64,000 nucleotides of DNA from Squalus acanthias (taxonomy: Eukaryota): the NCBI GenBank assembly GCA_030390025.1, contig CM059437.1, forward strand, positions 31,312,001 to 31,376,000. Direction: 5' to 3'. Below, piece after piece: positions 52,201 to 64,000 of the stretch. Within the stretch, counting starts at the first letter, position 1. Each line of letters opens with the position of its first letter. Both the position numbers and the translations under genes were made by a program. The notes below the pieces were generated by a model. That model worked only from the letters and a program-made list of their open reading frames with translations, made no database searches and had not been told where the DNA came from.

Positions 52201-52908
52201 AAATAGCAGAGGCCCTGACCATCATTTTCCAATCGTCTCTGGCTTCAGGTGTGGTGCCGGAGGACTGCTAATGTGGTGCCCTTGTTTAAAAAGGGAGAAA
52301 AGGATAGACTGAATAATTACGGGCCGGTCAGCCTAACCTCGGTGGTGGGAAAATTATTGGAAAGAATTCTGAAGGACAGGATAAATCTTCATTTAGAAAG
52401 ACACGGATTAATCAAGGATAGTCAACACAGATTTGTTAAGGGAAGGTCGTGTCTGACAAACTTGATTGAATTTTTTGAGGAGGTAACAAGGAGGGTAGAT
52501 GAGGGTAGTGAGTTTGATGTAGTGTATATGGACTTTAGCAAGGCTTTTGATAAGGTTCCACATGGCAGACTGGTCACGAAGTTAAAAGCCCATGGGATCC
52601 ACGGCAAAGTGTCAAGTTGGATTCAAAACTGGCTCGGAGGCAGGAAGCAGAGGGTAATGGTTGATGGGGTGTTTTTGTGACTGGAAGGCTGTTTCCAGTG
52701 GGGTTCCGCAGGGCTCAGTACTAGGTCCCTTGCTTTTTGTGGTATATATCAATGATCTAGACTTGAATATAGGGGGTATGATTAAGAAGTTTGCAGATGA
52801 TACTAAAATCGGCTGTGTGGTTGACACTGAAGAAGGAAGCTGTAGGCTGCAGGAAGATATCAATAAATTGGTCAGGTGGGCAGAACAGTGGCAAATGGAA
52901 TTCAATCC
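49206..52908. mobile_element. CR1 copy C with inverted 5' part (5' UTR, SGNH-esterase ORF1 and endonuclease on minus; RT part on plus)
   Basis: Minus strand: VVHIGTNDIG, KPDGLHLN, YFNARSIANK, VGDFNYPNI, ending ...EEECEILD at about 49206. Plus strand from about 52100: VRKEVLRGLAALKVDKSPGPD...GVPQGSVLGP, KFADD. Confidence 0.85.
50228..50442 (-). mobile_element. Solo LTR (Gypsy/BEL-like), 215 bp
   Basis: TG...CA ends with inverted termini tgacataa / ttatgaca; 5-bp TSD gtttc; minus-strand TATAAATA and downstream ATTAAA. Confidence 0.8.
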
Positions 52909-52989
52909 ACATCAACCGCATTGCCCTCATCAGCCTTCTGTTACCTTTGCTCAGGGTAGTTTGTCCTTGCTGCACCATGCAGTACTTCA

Positions 52990-53282
52990 CCCAATTTATT
53001 TATCCACGTGACCTGGCGGTGAGTATCGACAGGCTATTCAATGGCAGCGGCATCACGGCCAAGCCTGATCCCACCCTTGCCTGATGTCCGCACATGCACG
53101 CACAGCAGGGGTAACTGTAAAGCCACCAGGAACAGAAGCCTTTCCCAATTTTTTTTTTTCTCCATCCAGCAGGGGAATTGAGATCAATTGTGGTGGTGCC
53201 CCTATCCTCATCGGCCAGCTAAGATCCGGTTACTCGGCACAGACCAGAGATTGGATCTGGGACCACCTTGTCTGTATGGCTA
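52990..53282 (-). mobile_element. Old tRNA-like SINE family (related pieces near 4580-4700, 12650-12930, 19790-19870, 36095-36210, 40270-40460)
   Basis: Recurrent diverged motifs gatgtccgcacatgcac...cagcaggggt and gcacagaccag; family unnamed. Confidence 0.45.
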
Positions 53283-53299
53283 CTGATGCCTCAAACTAC

Positions 53300-53670
53300 T
53301 GAAGGTGTTCAAAATTCTGAGGGGTTTTGATAGAGCACACAGGGAGAAACTGTTTCCACTGGCAGGAGGGTCGGGAACCAGAGGGCACAGATTGAAGGTA
53401 ATTGGCAAAAGAACCAGAGGAGAGATGGGGAGAACATTTATTTTACGCAGCGAGTTATGATCTGGAATGCGCTGCATGAACGGGTGGTGGAAGCAGATTC
53501 AATAGTGACTATTAAAAGGGAGTTGGATAAATACTTGAAGGGCAAAAATGTGCAGGGCTAAAGGGAAAGAGCAGAGGAGTGGGACTAATTGGAGAGCTCT
53601 TTCAAAGAGCAGGCATAGGTACGATGGGCCGAATGGCTTCCTTCTGTGCTGTATGATTCAATGATTCTAC
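53300..53670 (+). mobile_element. CR1 3' end
   Basis: gaaggtgttcaaaattctgagg...gatgggccgaatggcttccttctgtgctgtatgattc. Confidence 0.85.
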
Positions 53671-53928
53671 TCCCTGTTAACCTCTTTGCGCTGGAGAGGG
53701 AGAATCACTACTGGTATATAATGGACCTTCCCTCAACTGAGGGAATAAAGGTATTTTCTTGATCCTGCTTGGTTTTTCTGGTTATATTGCTAAGGAGACT
53801 TGACCTCATCTGTATAACCCAGTTGATTGTTAACCCTTGTGTTGAGTGATTATGTTTATTGCCGTTTTAAGTTATTAGTGGTCTATTTAGTAAAAAAAAA
53901 ATGCCCGTTTTCTGTTTTCATTCTATAG

Positions 53929-54229
53929 CTTCAACGGTTGAAGAGATCTCTGTCCTTCAAGACGATTCTCAGAAGCAAAAGCGTTGAGAATTTCTTTCAG
54001 CGGTCGAACAGCGAGGTGAAATACCCAGCAGAGATACTGCCTCCTCCACCCACTCCACCACCAACTCCACCCACTGCTTTCCTGCCAGAGGGTCCACCCA
54101 CCAATGAACCACCAGCGAGGAAATCTCACCAAGTCTCTTTACCCCTCAAACCAGTAAGGACGCACAACTTTCAAGAATTTGTCTTCAAAAAGCCTACATT
54201 TTGTGACATCTGCCATCACATGATTGTAG
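53929..54229 (+). CDS. STAC2: STAC-family (SH3 and cysteine-rich domain) adaptor, internal coding exon (equivalent of exon 2): basic N-terminal motif, Pro-rich linker and first half of the C1 domain
   Basis: Acceptor ttttctgttttcattctatag, then [45 protein letters not shown]...[28 protein letters not shown](G), then donor G|gtatgt. The exon is 301 bp, phase 0 to phase 1. It matches recalled human STAC2 ([23 protein letters not shown]...LKPVRLHSFQEH). Family call is strong; paralog call is less certain. Confidence 0.9.
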
Positions 54230-54714
54230 GTATGTTTCATGCTAGTTGGGACATGCATCACCTCAATGGTGCTCACTAACTGATAGCTGGGCTTTTGAGA
54301 TTCCATGCAACATTTCTGGATCACCAATGAACCGTCATTGCATCTACAATTCATCATTTAACATTAATAGTTATGCAGTAGTTACTCGGTAGCTACAGTG
54401 CTAGAGAGTTGGACTCACCCTCCCTTATAACTGGAGACCAGCAATTGACTTCAGGTCGAGGTTGGCTTTACCATTCACACTTCACTTGGAGGATGAGTCT
54501 CGCTAGCAATGATGTGATGTTGAGCTATTAAAAAAAAATAAAAAAAAAAAATATATATATATATAATATATATATTTGAATAGTGCACTCATCAGCGAAA
54601 CTGTCATATATTTTTCTTTGGCATGCCCCTGGTAAATGAATGCTACTTTCCTCTTCAGGTTTCCCACACCCCATGACATTTATAGGAGACTTATTAATTG
54701 TATTTACATAGAAA

Positions 54715-55380
54715 TTACATTGAAATTACAGCACAGAAACGGCCGATTCATTCCACCTGTTCTGTGCTGGTGTTTATGCTCCACACAAGCCTGCCCCCCC
54801 ACCCTACTTCATTCCACCTGTTCTGTGCTGGTGTTTATGCTCCACACAAGCCTGCCCCCCACCCTACTTCATCTAAACCTATCAGCATAACCTATTCCTT
54901 TCTCCCTCCTGTGATTATCTAACTTTCCCTTAAATGCATCGATGCTATTCACCGCAACTACTTCTTGTGGTAGCAAGTTCCAGATTTTTAACTACTCTCT
55001 GGGTGAAGAAGTTTCTTCTGAATTCTTTATTGAATTTATTAGTGACATCTTACATTTATGACCCTTAGTTTTGAACTCCCCCGTAAGTGAAAACAACTTC
55101 ACTACATCTATCCTATCAAACCTCTTCATAATTTTAAAGACCTCTATTAGGTCACCCCTCTGCCTTCTCTCTTTTCTAGAGAAAAGAGCCCCAACCTGTT
55201 TAGTCTTTCCAGATAGTTGTAACCTCTCAGTTTTAGTTTCATCCTTGTAAATCTTTTTTGCACCTTCTCCAGTGCCTCTTTATCTTTTTTTTGCAATCTG
55301 GAGGCCAGGATTGTGCACAGTACTCTAATGTGGTCTAACCAAGGTTCTATATCATTTTTAACATAAGCTTTCCTTCCTGC
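54715..55380 (-). mobile_element. CR1 3' end with an internal ~61-bp tandem duplication (54747-54872)
   Basis: EALEKVQKRFTRM...LNRLGLFSLEK; ttcattccacctgttctgtgctggtgtttatgctccacacaagcctgcccc occurs twice. Confidence 0.85.
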
Positions 55381-55989
55381 AAGCTTGATGCCAGACATTC
55401 TGCAAAGCCCACTTTGGATGCAAAGGCATCACTCTAATGTTAACTCCCTTCCAGCTGCTAACAGCAGAAATGCTGGTGTAACACTTTTCTAAAATGGTGA
55501 TGCTTAGAGATAAATAATAGAGAATTATGAACTGTCCAATGTGGTGCAGACAGAGCGGATCCTTAAAAGGTGCATTCGAATCCAAAACGTCTGAACCTGG
55601 CCAAGGTTCAGATTATCGTCTAAATAAATCCAAATTGCTCCAATTAGTGGATATTTTAAGGTTATCTCTTTTAACAAGGAGTCTATAAACCCTTTCCCTT
55701 TTCACGAAGGATCCAGGATAGAGTAGATTATGCTGATATTGCAGAATAAGTTTTCCTGAGGCAAACAATTTTTTTTTTTATAATAGCACCTGCAAGCATT
55801 TAAGACATTAGATGCTGACGACAGCTCACATGGCGCAGCAGCTGGCAAAATGGATGAAAAGTGAACAATGTCAACAAGTTTGCTTTTCTAGCTCACCAAT
55901 ATTTTCAGATAATCACAGATGTTCTGACTTTCCACAGTCGAAAGGCAGACCTGATGCTCTTATTCAAGAAGGCATGGGATGACAACCCT

Positions 55990-56200
55990 AGGAATTCCTT
56001 CCCTAAACCTCTCTGCTTCTCTACCTCTCTCTCTCTTTTTTAAGACGCTCCTTCAAACCTAGCTCTTTGACCAAGCTTTTGGTCACCTGTCCTAATATTT
56101 CCTTGTGTGGCTCGGTGTCAGATTATGCCTGATGACTGCTCCTGTGAAGTGCCTTGGGATGTTTTACTACATTAAAGGCGCTATATAAATGCAAGTGGTT
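55990..56200 (+). mobile_element. L2 3' end
   Basis: ggaattccttccctaaacc...aaaggcgctatataaatgcaagt. Confidence 0.8.
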
Positions 56201-57059
56201 GTAGGTTTCGCTTTCAGAGCCGCCTTTTCATTCAGGATAACCGATTAGTTCTGCAATTTCTTTTAGGCTTCCATGTCCAATGTTTGTTATAGCACTCTGA
56301 GTCAAAGTGAAGAAAGAATGATGTTCTGCCCCAAGGCATGCTGAGTTATGTTTTCTAAATACGATATGGCACAAGGGCACGTTGAGGGAGGAAACACGCA
56401 ATGAGCAGAGCCTTGCTTGACAGGAGTACAGATTGGAGAACTGGGCACAATATTCAGGAGCACTGTGAATCAGCCGCGCTGATCTGTGCACCCAATTCTC
56501 CAACCCGCAATCCCGCTGAGCAAGGCGGTGTGTAAGTTTTCTCTATAATATTCACTACATGGGCTAGTGACCTCTAGTGCCACAGCAGTAACCTTTCTTC
56601 TCCCAGTTTTCTCTCCTCCTCTCCAGAAGTCATTGGGGATAATTTTGATTTCGGATAAGTGTAAAACTGGCGCTATCCATTCAGCCGCCCTAGAAACTCA
56701 TTGACCCTTTTTATAGGCGAATAATGGACGCCTAAGCAGCCAATATGGTGGGCAGTGTGCACACACATTCCGTGGCAGAAGTGCACTGCCCACCATGTTG
56801 GTAAAGGCTCCAATATAGACATCCAGGGCATGCGCCTGAAAGAGGCATTAGCCCTTTGCATATAAAAATAAGGGACCTAGCGCGTGTTTGAGGCCCCCTG
56901 CCTGAAATTGGGCTGCCTTGAACGTATCTGGGGCCAAGCAAGCTGCATCCAGGATAACCATGTCTACCTGCAACCTAACCTGTGGTCCTTAAAGGGACCT
57001 CAAGAGGCCATCACCAAAAAGGTAAGTTTTTATTTTTATTTTTAAAAAAAATACTGGTC

Positions 57060-57563
57060 TTGGTCACTGCTCATTATGGACCTTCTCTGGTCAGGTGGAG
57101 AGTGTCGATGTACTCTCAGGCTGCCATCAATGCTGTTTGAAACCGGAGGTGGGCAAAAGTCTCTCTCTGACCTTTCCTAGTCTTGACCTGTTGCATCCCT
57201 GTACTGGAAAGTGGGATTAGGGTGGATAGCTCCTTGCGGGCTGGCACGGAAAAGATGGGCCAAATGGCCTCCTTCTGTGCTGTAAATTTCTGTGATGATA
57301 CTTGCCTGAATGTGGAGATGGGAGGAGCACTCACTCATGCCCCGCAGCTCGTCTGTATAATTTAAATGATCACGGGGGGATCTTTGCCACTGAAATGGTG
57401 GGCCGACCAATCGACCCCCTACAGGGATGCAGCAAGTCAAGACTAGGAAAGGTCAGAGAGAGACTCTTGCCCACCTCCGGTTTCAAACAGTACTGACAGA
57501 AGCCTGAGAGTACATCGACATTCTCCACCTGACCAGAGAAGGTCCATAATGAGCAACGACCAA
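57060..57563. repeat. Long inverted repeat (arms 57060-57203 and 57420-57563)
   Basis: 144-bp arms with 11 mismatches by manual alignment; the spacer contains a CR1-type tail. Confidence 0.9.
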
Positions 57564-57771
57564 CAATAGAAAGGGAGAAAATTCCTCAATAAAGGGGGAG
57601 TCTTGCCCACCACCAAATATACATGGCAGAACTTGCTTTAATCTGGGTAGCCATTACTTCATCTATAACTTTCAGAATTTTAAAATTACCCATTGCATTA
57701 CACAAGGGCTGAAAATTACAGCATGAATCTGGCAGGACTTGGTGTGGGGGATGCAGAAGCACAGACACTCA

Positions 57772-59310
57772 GGCCGCGAATTTAATTGCGCTGAGGGGGC
57801 GGGTTTGGAGGCGGGAGCGCTGTTAAAATCGCAAAGATTGACCGAGTAGGAAACCCGCTGTCATCCCGCCTCCACGCGAGTCTCCCAGGTGTCGGGTCTG
57901 TCAGTGGAGAACTGACCCGACACCAAGCGGCGGAGGAGACAATTCTGGTACTTAAGGGTTTGTTAAGAGGCAATTTAAGAGGATTTTGAGGCTTACTTGT
58001 AATTTTATCTTCTCCCCCCACTGGTTTCCCGCTGTTCGGGGAACACGCCAGTTCAACCTGGCATGTTTTGAGTCTGCTCTGATGTTTGTGAAAAGCTGAC
58101 AGCTGCAGAAGTGGTGTCAAGGATGCCATGTTGCAGATGGTGAGTTTCAGACCACAGAAAATTTTGGTTACTGTATTTTTAATACATATAGAGATTTCTT
58201 TAGCTTACAAGTTTTTAAATCCAACTTTATGTCCAGTGCCACCTCATTGGGAGAACCTCTCTCACAATTGACAGATCGCTTCTGTCATCTCACCTGCAGC
58301 TGCCATCTATTGCAGCAACATCGGAGCCAATGAAACAATCAGACCTTTGTCCTCTGAATCCTTCCACGATCAGTCCCAACACCATCATCACCAACCTTCT
58401 CCGCCATCACCTGATGCTGCACTGGACACAGGGCATCAGCCCGACAACATTGCTGGCTGGGAGGCCAGCGATGGCATCACCATGGCCAGATTTTCTTCAC
58501 TTGATGCTGTAAACCCTGGCTGTCACATGATGTGCCAGGTTGACACCAGCACCGTGAAACATTCCTTTAATGTCCAAGCCATTCCATGCACACACCTCAC
58601 TATAGCGGGCGGGGTGGGGGGGCAGGGAAGTTATGACTGAACAGTCACTGGAACTCAGTAAGACACTTCTCAATGTGCGCTCAGATCTGTCCAATAAGGG
58701 GCACTTTTGGAAAAAGATATTTCACTGTATGACAACACATTACCAGAAACTTCACATGGACATTGGCTAAACCTCTCAAGTGCCTATCCTTGTGTCTTGT
58801 TAGTTGGTATGCTTGCAGTAGAATGAGGGTGAGTGTAAGGGGTGGCTAGTGAGATGGGGAAGTGATAAAGTAGATAGAGAGGGTTGGGTGGAGGTGCAAG
58901 GTAAGTTGGTGTCCTGGGGAGGTCTCTTCCGCCCTTGGAAGGGAAGAGAACTTCCCTGCGTGCTCTGACTCCCTCAATAAGCATATGGAGGGAGTCATTG
59001 GAGAACCTGGGTGCAAGCGTTCACCTTTGTGCAGTGATTGTCAGTGTTTGCAGCACCTCAATGCTGTCAAACACTGACCGATCAACTGTCAAGATAAAAT
59101 TGTACATGGTCCCTTTAAGGAAACCGGCAGATGACGCATCATCAAATGACGTCATCGGACCCGTTTCCTGTTAATTGGCTGGGAAGCCCGCAGGGTGGGC
59201 TCACCAAGGCCAATCAAGGGAAAATCACGTCTGCAGAGCGGCTGCAGCTGGGGGCAGGACTGGAACCCGGAAACCAGCTGTCCCGCCCCCATCCGCACTA
59301 AAAGCCACAC
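57772..59310 (-). mobile_element. Second Harbinger derivative, homologous to 36868-38589 in opposite orientation
   Basis: MLIEGVRARREVLFP Myb-like remnant on minus; shared internal segment (NLLRHHLMLH...MASPWPD); degenerate TIRs. Confidence 0.75.
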
Positions 59311-60626
59311 CAGTTCCATCTTCCTACAGGGGGTTTGTGATAAATGGAGTCCCAGGCTGCTGCAGGCCGAGCTCTCTGTAATTCGGCCTACTAATCAGTA
59401 GAATTGCCGCAGAAATTTTGCTTTAAAATCCCACTGACCTGAACAATAGTTCTTTGATTCCAAAATTCCTTCAAATTAAATGTTGTTCCTGTCTAAAATC
59501 TCAGTTGCTGGTATGTTCTTGTGCCGGAGGGTGGGGATTAGAATGGTGGCCTGAAGTTTCTCTTAGTAATTGCCATGCTCATTCCCATTGCTTGCATCTC
59601 CCACGTCTGCCGTCGTTCCTCAGCACTGCTCTCCTGTCGGATTAATTGGAAAGCTGAGGCATTACCTTACACACACAACAGACCTACAGATACACAAAAC
59701 AATGATTAGACAGATAACCACGGCCTGGGAATCTATCGTGAATTCTGTGCTGGGCCTATACTTCCAGGAAAAATACCAATAAATGTTGTTGCAACTGATT
59801 TCAGTTATAAAAGAGAATTATCTTCATTTTTAAAAAAAGTTCTTTTTGTTTGTTTGGGCAAAGAAGATCTAGAAGAGTTGTTCACCATTTAAGGTCGCTG
59901 CTGATCTGGTTTTGGACTAGACAGTCCAGTATTCAAATGGGATGTCTGGAAATTTCTGACATGTTAACCGGATGCCACAGCAAAGAAAACAACACAATGT
60001 ACTTTTCATATTCATGAAGGGCAACAGAACCATATCTGCCCGCTACACGCACATTGCCACTACCTCCACAATCAAACAGAATGGAAGAGTATCTGTATGA
60101 AAACAACCTAATAAATGACAATCAGCAGATCAGATGTGGTGGATGTTTCATTCCCAAACTCATAAATCATTTTGAGGAGGTGAGCTCACGTTGTATCTAG
60201 ACTTCCAACAATTCTAACCATTCTCTGGGTAAGGAAGTTTCTCCTGAATTCCTTACTAGATTTATTAGTGACTATCTTATATTTATGGCCCCTAGTTGTG
60301 GTCTTACCCGCAAGTGGAAACATCTTCCCTCTATCTACCCTATCGAACCATTTCATAATCTTAAAAACCTCCATCAGATCACCTGCCAGCCTTCTCTTTT
60401 CCGTGTAAATGATCCGGAAAAGCAGCCTAAATTCATAGATGGCACCAAGGTAGTGCATTCTGTGGACTCCAGCAAGGCAGCCAAGATCTTACAAAGCTCG
60501 AGCAGGATTTAATTTGAGCTAATCAATAATGAATGACCTTCAATCCAAACAATGCAAGGCATTGCAGTATAGGAGACTGATGCACTGCAATGGGACTTGG
60601 CAAGGGGGAAATTGAAAGAGACCCAA

Positions 60627-60865
60627 GGGCTGATTTTAACTCCCGGAGGAAAGCCAGCTGGAGCGGATGGCAATCCCGTGTGATCCGCATGACATCATCA
60701 GAGGATTTTAACCTCCAGGCCTTATTTGAATGCAGTAGTTCCATCCGCTGCCAAAATCAGCTAGCGTTAAAATGGGGGAATCGGAGGGAACGGAGTGGAA
60801 AATGAAACCGCTCCGATTTAACCGATCCTTTCCCGCCGATTGGCAAGAGTTAAACTTTCTACCTC
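60627..60865. mobile_element. MITE inserted in degraded CR1
   Basis: Ends agggctgattttaactc / gagttaaactttctacct; flanked by CR1 remnants at 60190-61200. Confidence 0.55.
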
Positions 60866-61729
60866 TGGTATCAGTTAATCCGTTCACTGCATCCAAACCG
60901 TGAGAGGCAGCAACAAACAAAGCATATAGGATGTTAGGCTCCATCCCCTGAGCTCATGCTGAAGCCACACAAGGCCCTGATCAGCCTGCACCTGGAGTAC
61001 TGGACACCGCTCTGGTTATCACATGGACCCTAAAAACGGTGCAGAGAAGAGTCCCTGATCCCGAGCCGTCAGGAACAACTCGCTAAGCTTCAGCCTTGAA
61101 AGAGGAGAGATTACTGAGATGTGACTGGGAACAATGTTTTCTGTTAGACCAGTGAAGCAAGACAGGACGCTGGATTCATTTACGAAACCGTTATAAGTTT
61201 TAACGGGAAGAGGGGTAGTGCTGGTATTTTAGAAGATGAGATAAAATAATCCTGAAGGACTTTATTTTTTAATCCCAACTGGTCTTGTGAACACGTCGGA
61301 GTTCAATCTAGAGCGTCTCACCTTGTCCTGGCCCTGTTCAGTTTGAACTTGACAAAAGGTGGTAACCTCAGTATTATTATCACATGTAGGGGATGCGAGG
61401 CTGGGTTTTAATTAGTTTTACAGTCATTGGACCAGGCTTGCAAAAGGCTTTCATGAGCTAAATATTACCCCAGAATTCAGGTAATTTTGAATTGAAATTG
61501 AAATTTCCCACATCAATGAATCAATCAATGGGGCAGAACTACAGCAGCCTTTCAGCAGCAACAACTTGCCCTGATATAGCAACATTAATAGAACATAAAA
61601 TGTGCCAAAATGATTCACAAAGTGGGGCGGGGGTCAGAGCCAAGCAGGAGGAAGGAGGTGAGTTAGGTTTCATGGCCAAAGAAGTAGATTTAAAGGAGAC
61701 TTTTGACACTGAGGAGAGCTGCAGGAAGC

Positions 61730-62470
61730 AGAATCCTAGAAATTTACAGCACAGAAGGAGGCCATTCAGCCCATCTTGTCCACACCGGCTGACAAAGAGC
61801 TACCCACCCTACTCCCACTTTCCAGCACTTGGTCCGTAGCCTTGTAGGTTACAGCACTTCAAGTGCATATCCAACTTCTTTTTAAATGTGATGAGGGTCT
61901 TTACCTCTGCCACCCTTTCAGGCAATGAGTTTCAGACCCCCACCACCCACTGGGTGGAAAAAATCTCTCCTCAACTCCCCTCTAAACCTCCGACCAATTA
62001 CTTTAAATCTGTGCCCCCCTGGTTATTGACCCTTCTGCTAAGGGAATAGGTCCTTCCTATCCACTCTATCTAGGCACCTCATAATTTTATACACCTCAAT
62101 TAGGTCTCCCCCCAGCCTCCTCTGTTCCAAAGGAAACAACCCCAGCCTATCCAATCTTTCCTCATAGCTAAAATTCCCCAGCCCAGGCAACATCCTTGTA
62201 AATCTCCTCTGCACCCCCTCTAGTGCAATCACATCCTTCCTGTAATGTGGTGACCAGAACTGCACGCAGTATTCTAGCTGCGACCTAACTAGTGTTTTAT
62301 ACAGTTCAAGCATAACCTCCCTGCTCTTATATTCTATGCCTCGGCTAATAAAGGCAAGTATCCCGTATGCCTTCTTAACCACCTTATCTACCTGTCCTGC
62401 TACCTTCAAGGGTCTGTGGACATGCACTCCAAGGTCCCTCTGATCTTCTGCACTTCTCCGTGTCCTACCA
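61730..62470 (-). mobile_element. CR1 3' fragment
   Basis: 129-aa ORF VKKAYGILAFISRGIEYK...LEYCVQFWSPHY...LEQRRLGGDLIEVYK. Confidence 0.9.
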
Positions 62471-62734
62471 TTTATAGTTAGGGAAAATTAGAAAGATTAG
62501 GGAAGAGAATTTACAAGAATTTACTAGGGGTGGTAAGGCTGAAGGATCTACGACTGGTGATAGAGATAGATGGGAGTGACGAGCAGGAGGGATGGAAAGT
62601 AAAGCAGACATTGAAGAGTGGAGGGTGTGAGTAGAGACGTAAGGCAGCAAAGCGGTTGCAGGGTTAGAGTGTGGTGGGAGACGATGCACGGGGCGGCCAA
62701 CAGTATTGTTTATTTTGCTGTTTTGTATTTTCAG

Positions 62735-62832
62735 GGTATTCTAAACGAGGATGGCGATGCAAACTCTGTAAAATCAATGCTCACCCGCAGTGCGGAGAGG
62801 ATGCATCTCAGCAGCAGTGTATCGGAAAACTG
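62735..62832 (+). CDS. STAC2: STAC-family coding exon (equivalent of exon 3): second half of the C1 domain
   Basis: Acceptor ttttgtattttcag; 98 bp; completes the split Gly codon and reads (G)YSKRGWRCKLCKINAHPQCGEDASQQQCIGKL; donor CTG|gtgagt. The spliced product gives H-x12-C-x2-C-x13-C-x2-C-x4-H-x2-C-x8-C. Confidence 0.9.
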
Positions 62833-63049
62833 GTGAGTCGTGTTCAAGGGCTCATTTAAGTTGCTGCTGAATCATCCGACTAAGCCAAGGGGCAGTTGCT
62901 GCAAATCTGTTGTTTTAAAACTTCAGGACCTCACACAGGAAAAATGTCAGTCTTTTACAAAGATTTGCATGCTGCTTTTTGTTGTCATACCCGTAGAGAA
63001 TTTATATATAATATTATATGGAGGGGAATGTATCCCCTTCTGTGTTTTG

Positions 63050-63225
63050 AAAGAACGAACAAACTTGTATTTGTATAGCGCCTTTCATGAACTCAGGATA
63101 GCAAGGCACTCTACAGCCAATGAAGTACTGTTGAAGTGTAGTCACTATTGTGATGTAGGAAACATGACAGCCAATTTGCGCACAGCAAGCTCCCACAAAC
63201 AGTAATGTGATAATGACCAGATCTG
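63050..63225 (-). mobile_element. Deu-domain SINE 3' fragment
   Basis: aaacttgtatttgtatagcgcctttca...gctcccacaaacag. Confidence 0.75.
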
Positions 63226-64000
63226 AGGTTTTTTTTGAGTGAATGTTGCTTCAGAGCTTTACTCTGCAACTGACCTAGGAGGGCTAGGTGCTCAAAACCT
63301 CAAAAAACGAGAGCGTGTTTTACTCTCCAGCGCTACCCTTCCTTTCCTTAAGGAGCCAGATTAACATTTTGTTAACAACAAGTGAAATCAGCTTCTATTA
63401 GGGCATAGTTATGTTTTGTCAAAATTGGAAAGTATTTGAGTGAAGTGACGTGAATGGTAAAGGAATGAGTTTAATGTATGTGTTCATGAGTTATTGCTGT
63501 CATTACCTGCAGTAAATATTAATATAATTAACCAACTACTTTAATCACATTATGCCATTCTAAGTATGAAATATGAACAAGGAACCTTGTAAATCAGGGT
63601 ATTCATTATATCTGTCACAAATCTACCGCATGACTAATAGCAGAAATGTGTCACCCAATAGTCAGCCAAGTACAAGACATCAAATTTAGCTCAACAAATC
63701 TTCTCGCAGCTAGATAAATACGGTTATGATAGATTAGTACAGATCCAATGAAAAAATGGAAGAGATTATAGTCAGCCGACTCTGTCTGTGCCAAGACCAA
63801 TTGTTGCTTGTTGGTATCTCATGTAATGTATGAGATGTAGCTTCTCCCTATGCTGTCGTAATCATTATACTACCCAGGGACATTTATAAATCATGCCACA
63901 TCTAATCATTATGTAAGCCCTTTATTATGGGCTTTTTTTTCCCCACTTAAAGTGACACGAACATCAGTTTTGACCTTTTGTAGGTCCTATTCATTTCCTC

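Noticed and set aside
54230..54279. ORF-track extension [15 protein letters not shown] as coding
   Set aside because: It lies past the splice donor at 54229/54230; the C1 domain continues in the 62735 exon.

Overview
Vertebrate genomic DNA, most likely from a cartilaginous fish (shark/ray), judged from the repeat complement: CR1 and L2 LINEs, Deu-domain SINEs, Penelope-like fragments and Harbinger/hAT-type elements. The only host protein-coding sequence I can support is two + strand exons of a STAC-family adaptor, most like STAC2 (53929-54229 and 62735-62832). Together they encode the N-terminal basic/Pro-rich region and a complete C1 zinc-finger domain. Most or all of the rest is probably intronic. 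Nearly all other ORFs in the track are retroelement remnants or chance ORFs. The most interesting extras are: (1) Penelope-derived hairpin elements carrying minimal hammerhead-ribozyme motifs, sense to the STAC transcript; (2) a CR1 LINE with a twin-priming-like 5' inversion; (3) two long inverted duplications able to form dsRNA in the pre-mRNA; (4) a candidate 66-bp in-frame upstream STAC exon next to an LF-SINE-like relic; (5) a young CR1 subfamily with a duplicated 3' terminal motif; (6) Harbinger derivatives retaining a Myb/SANT remnant. I see no clearly new multi-gene system. Family names come from recalled consensus motifs, not database searches, and repeat boundaries are approximate unless a TSD/TIR is quoted.
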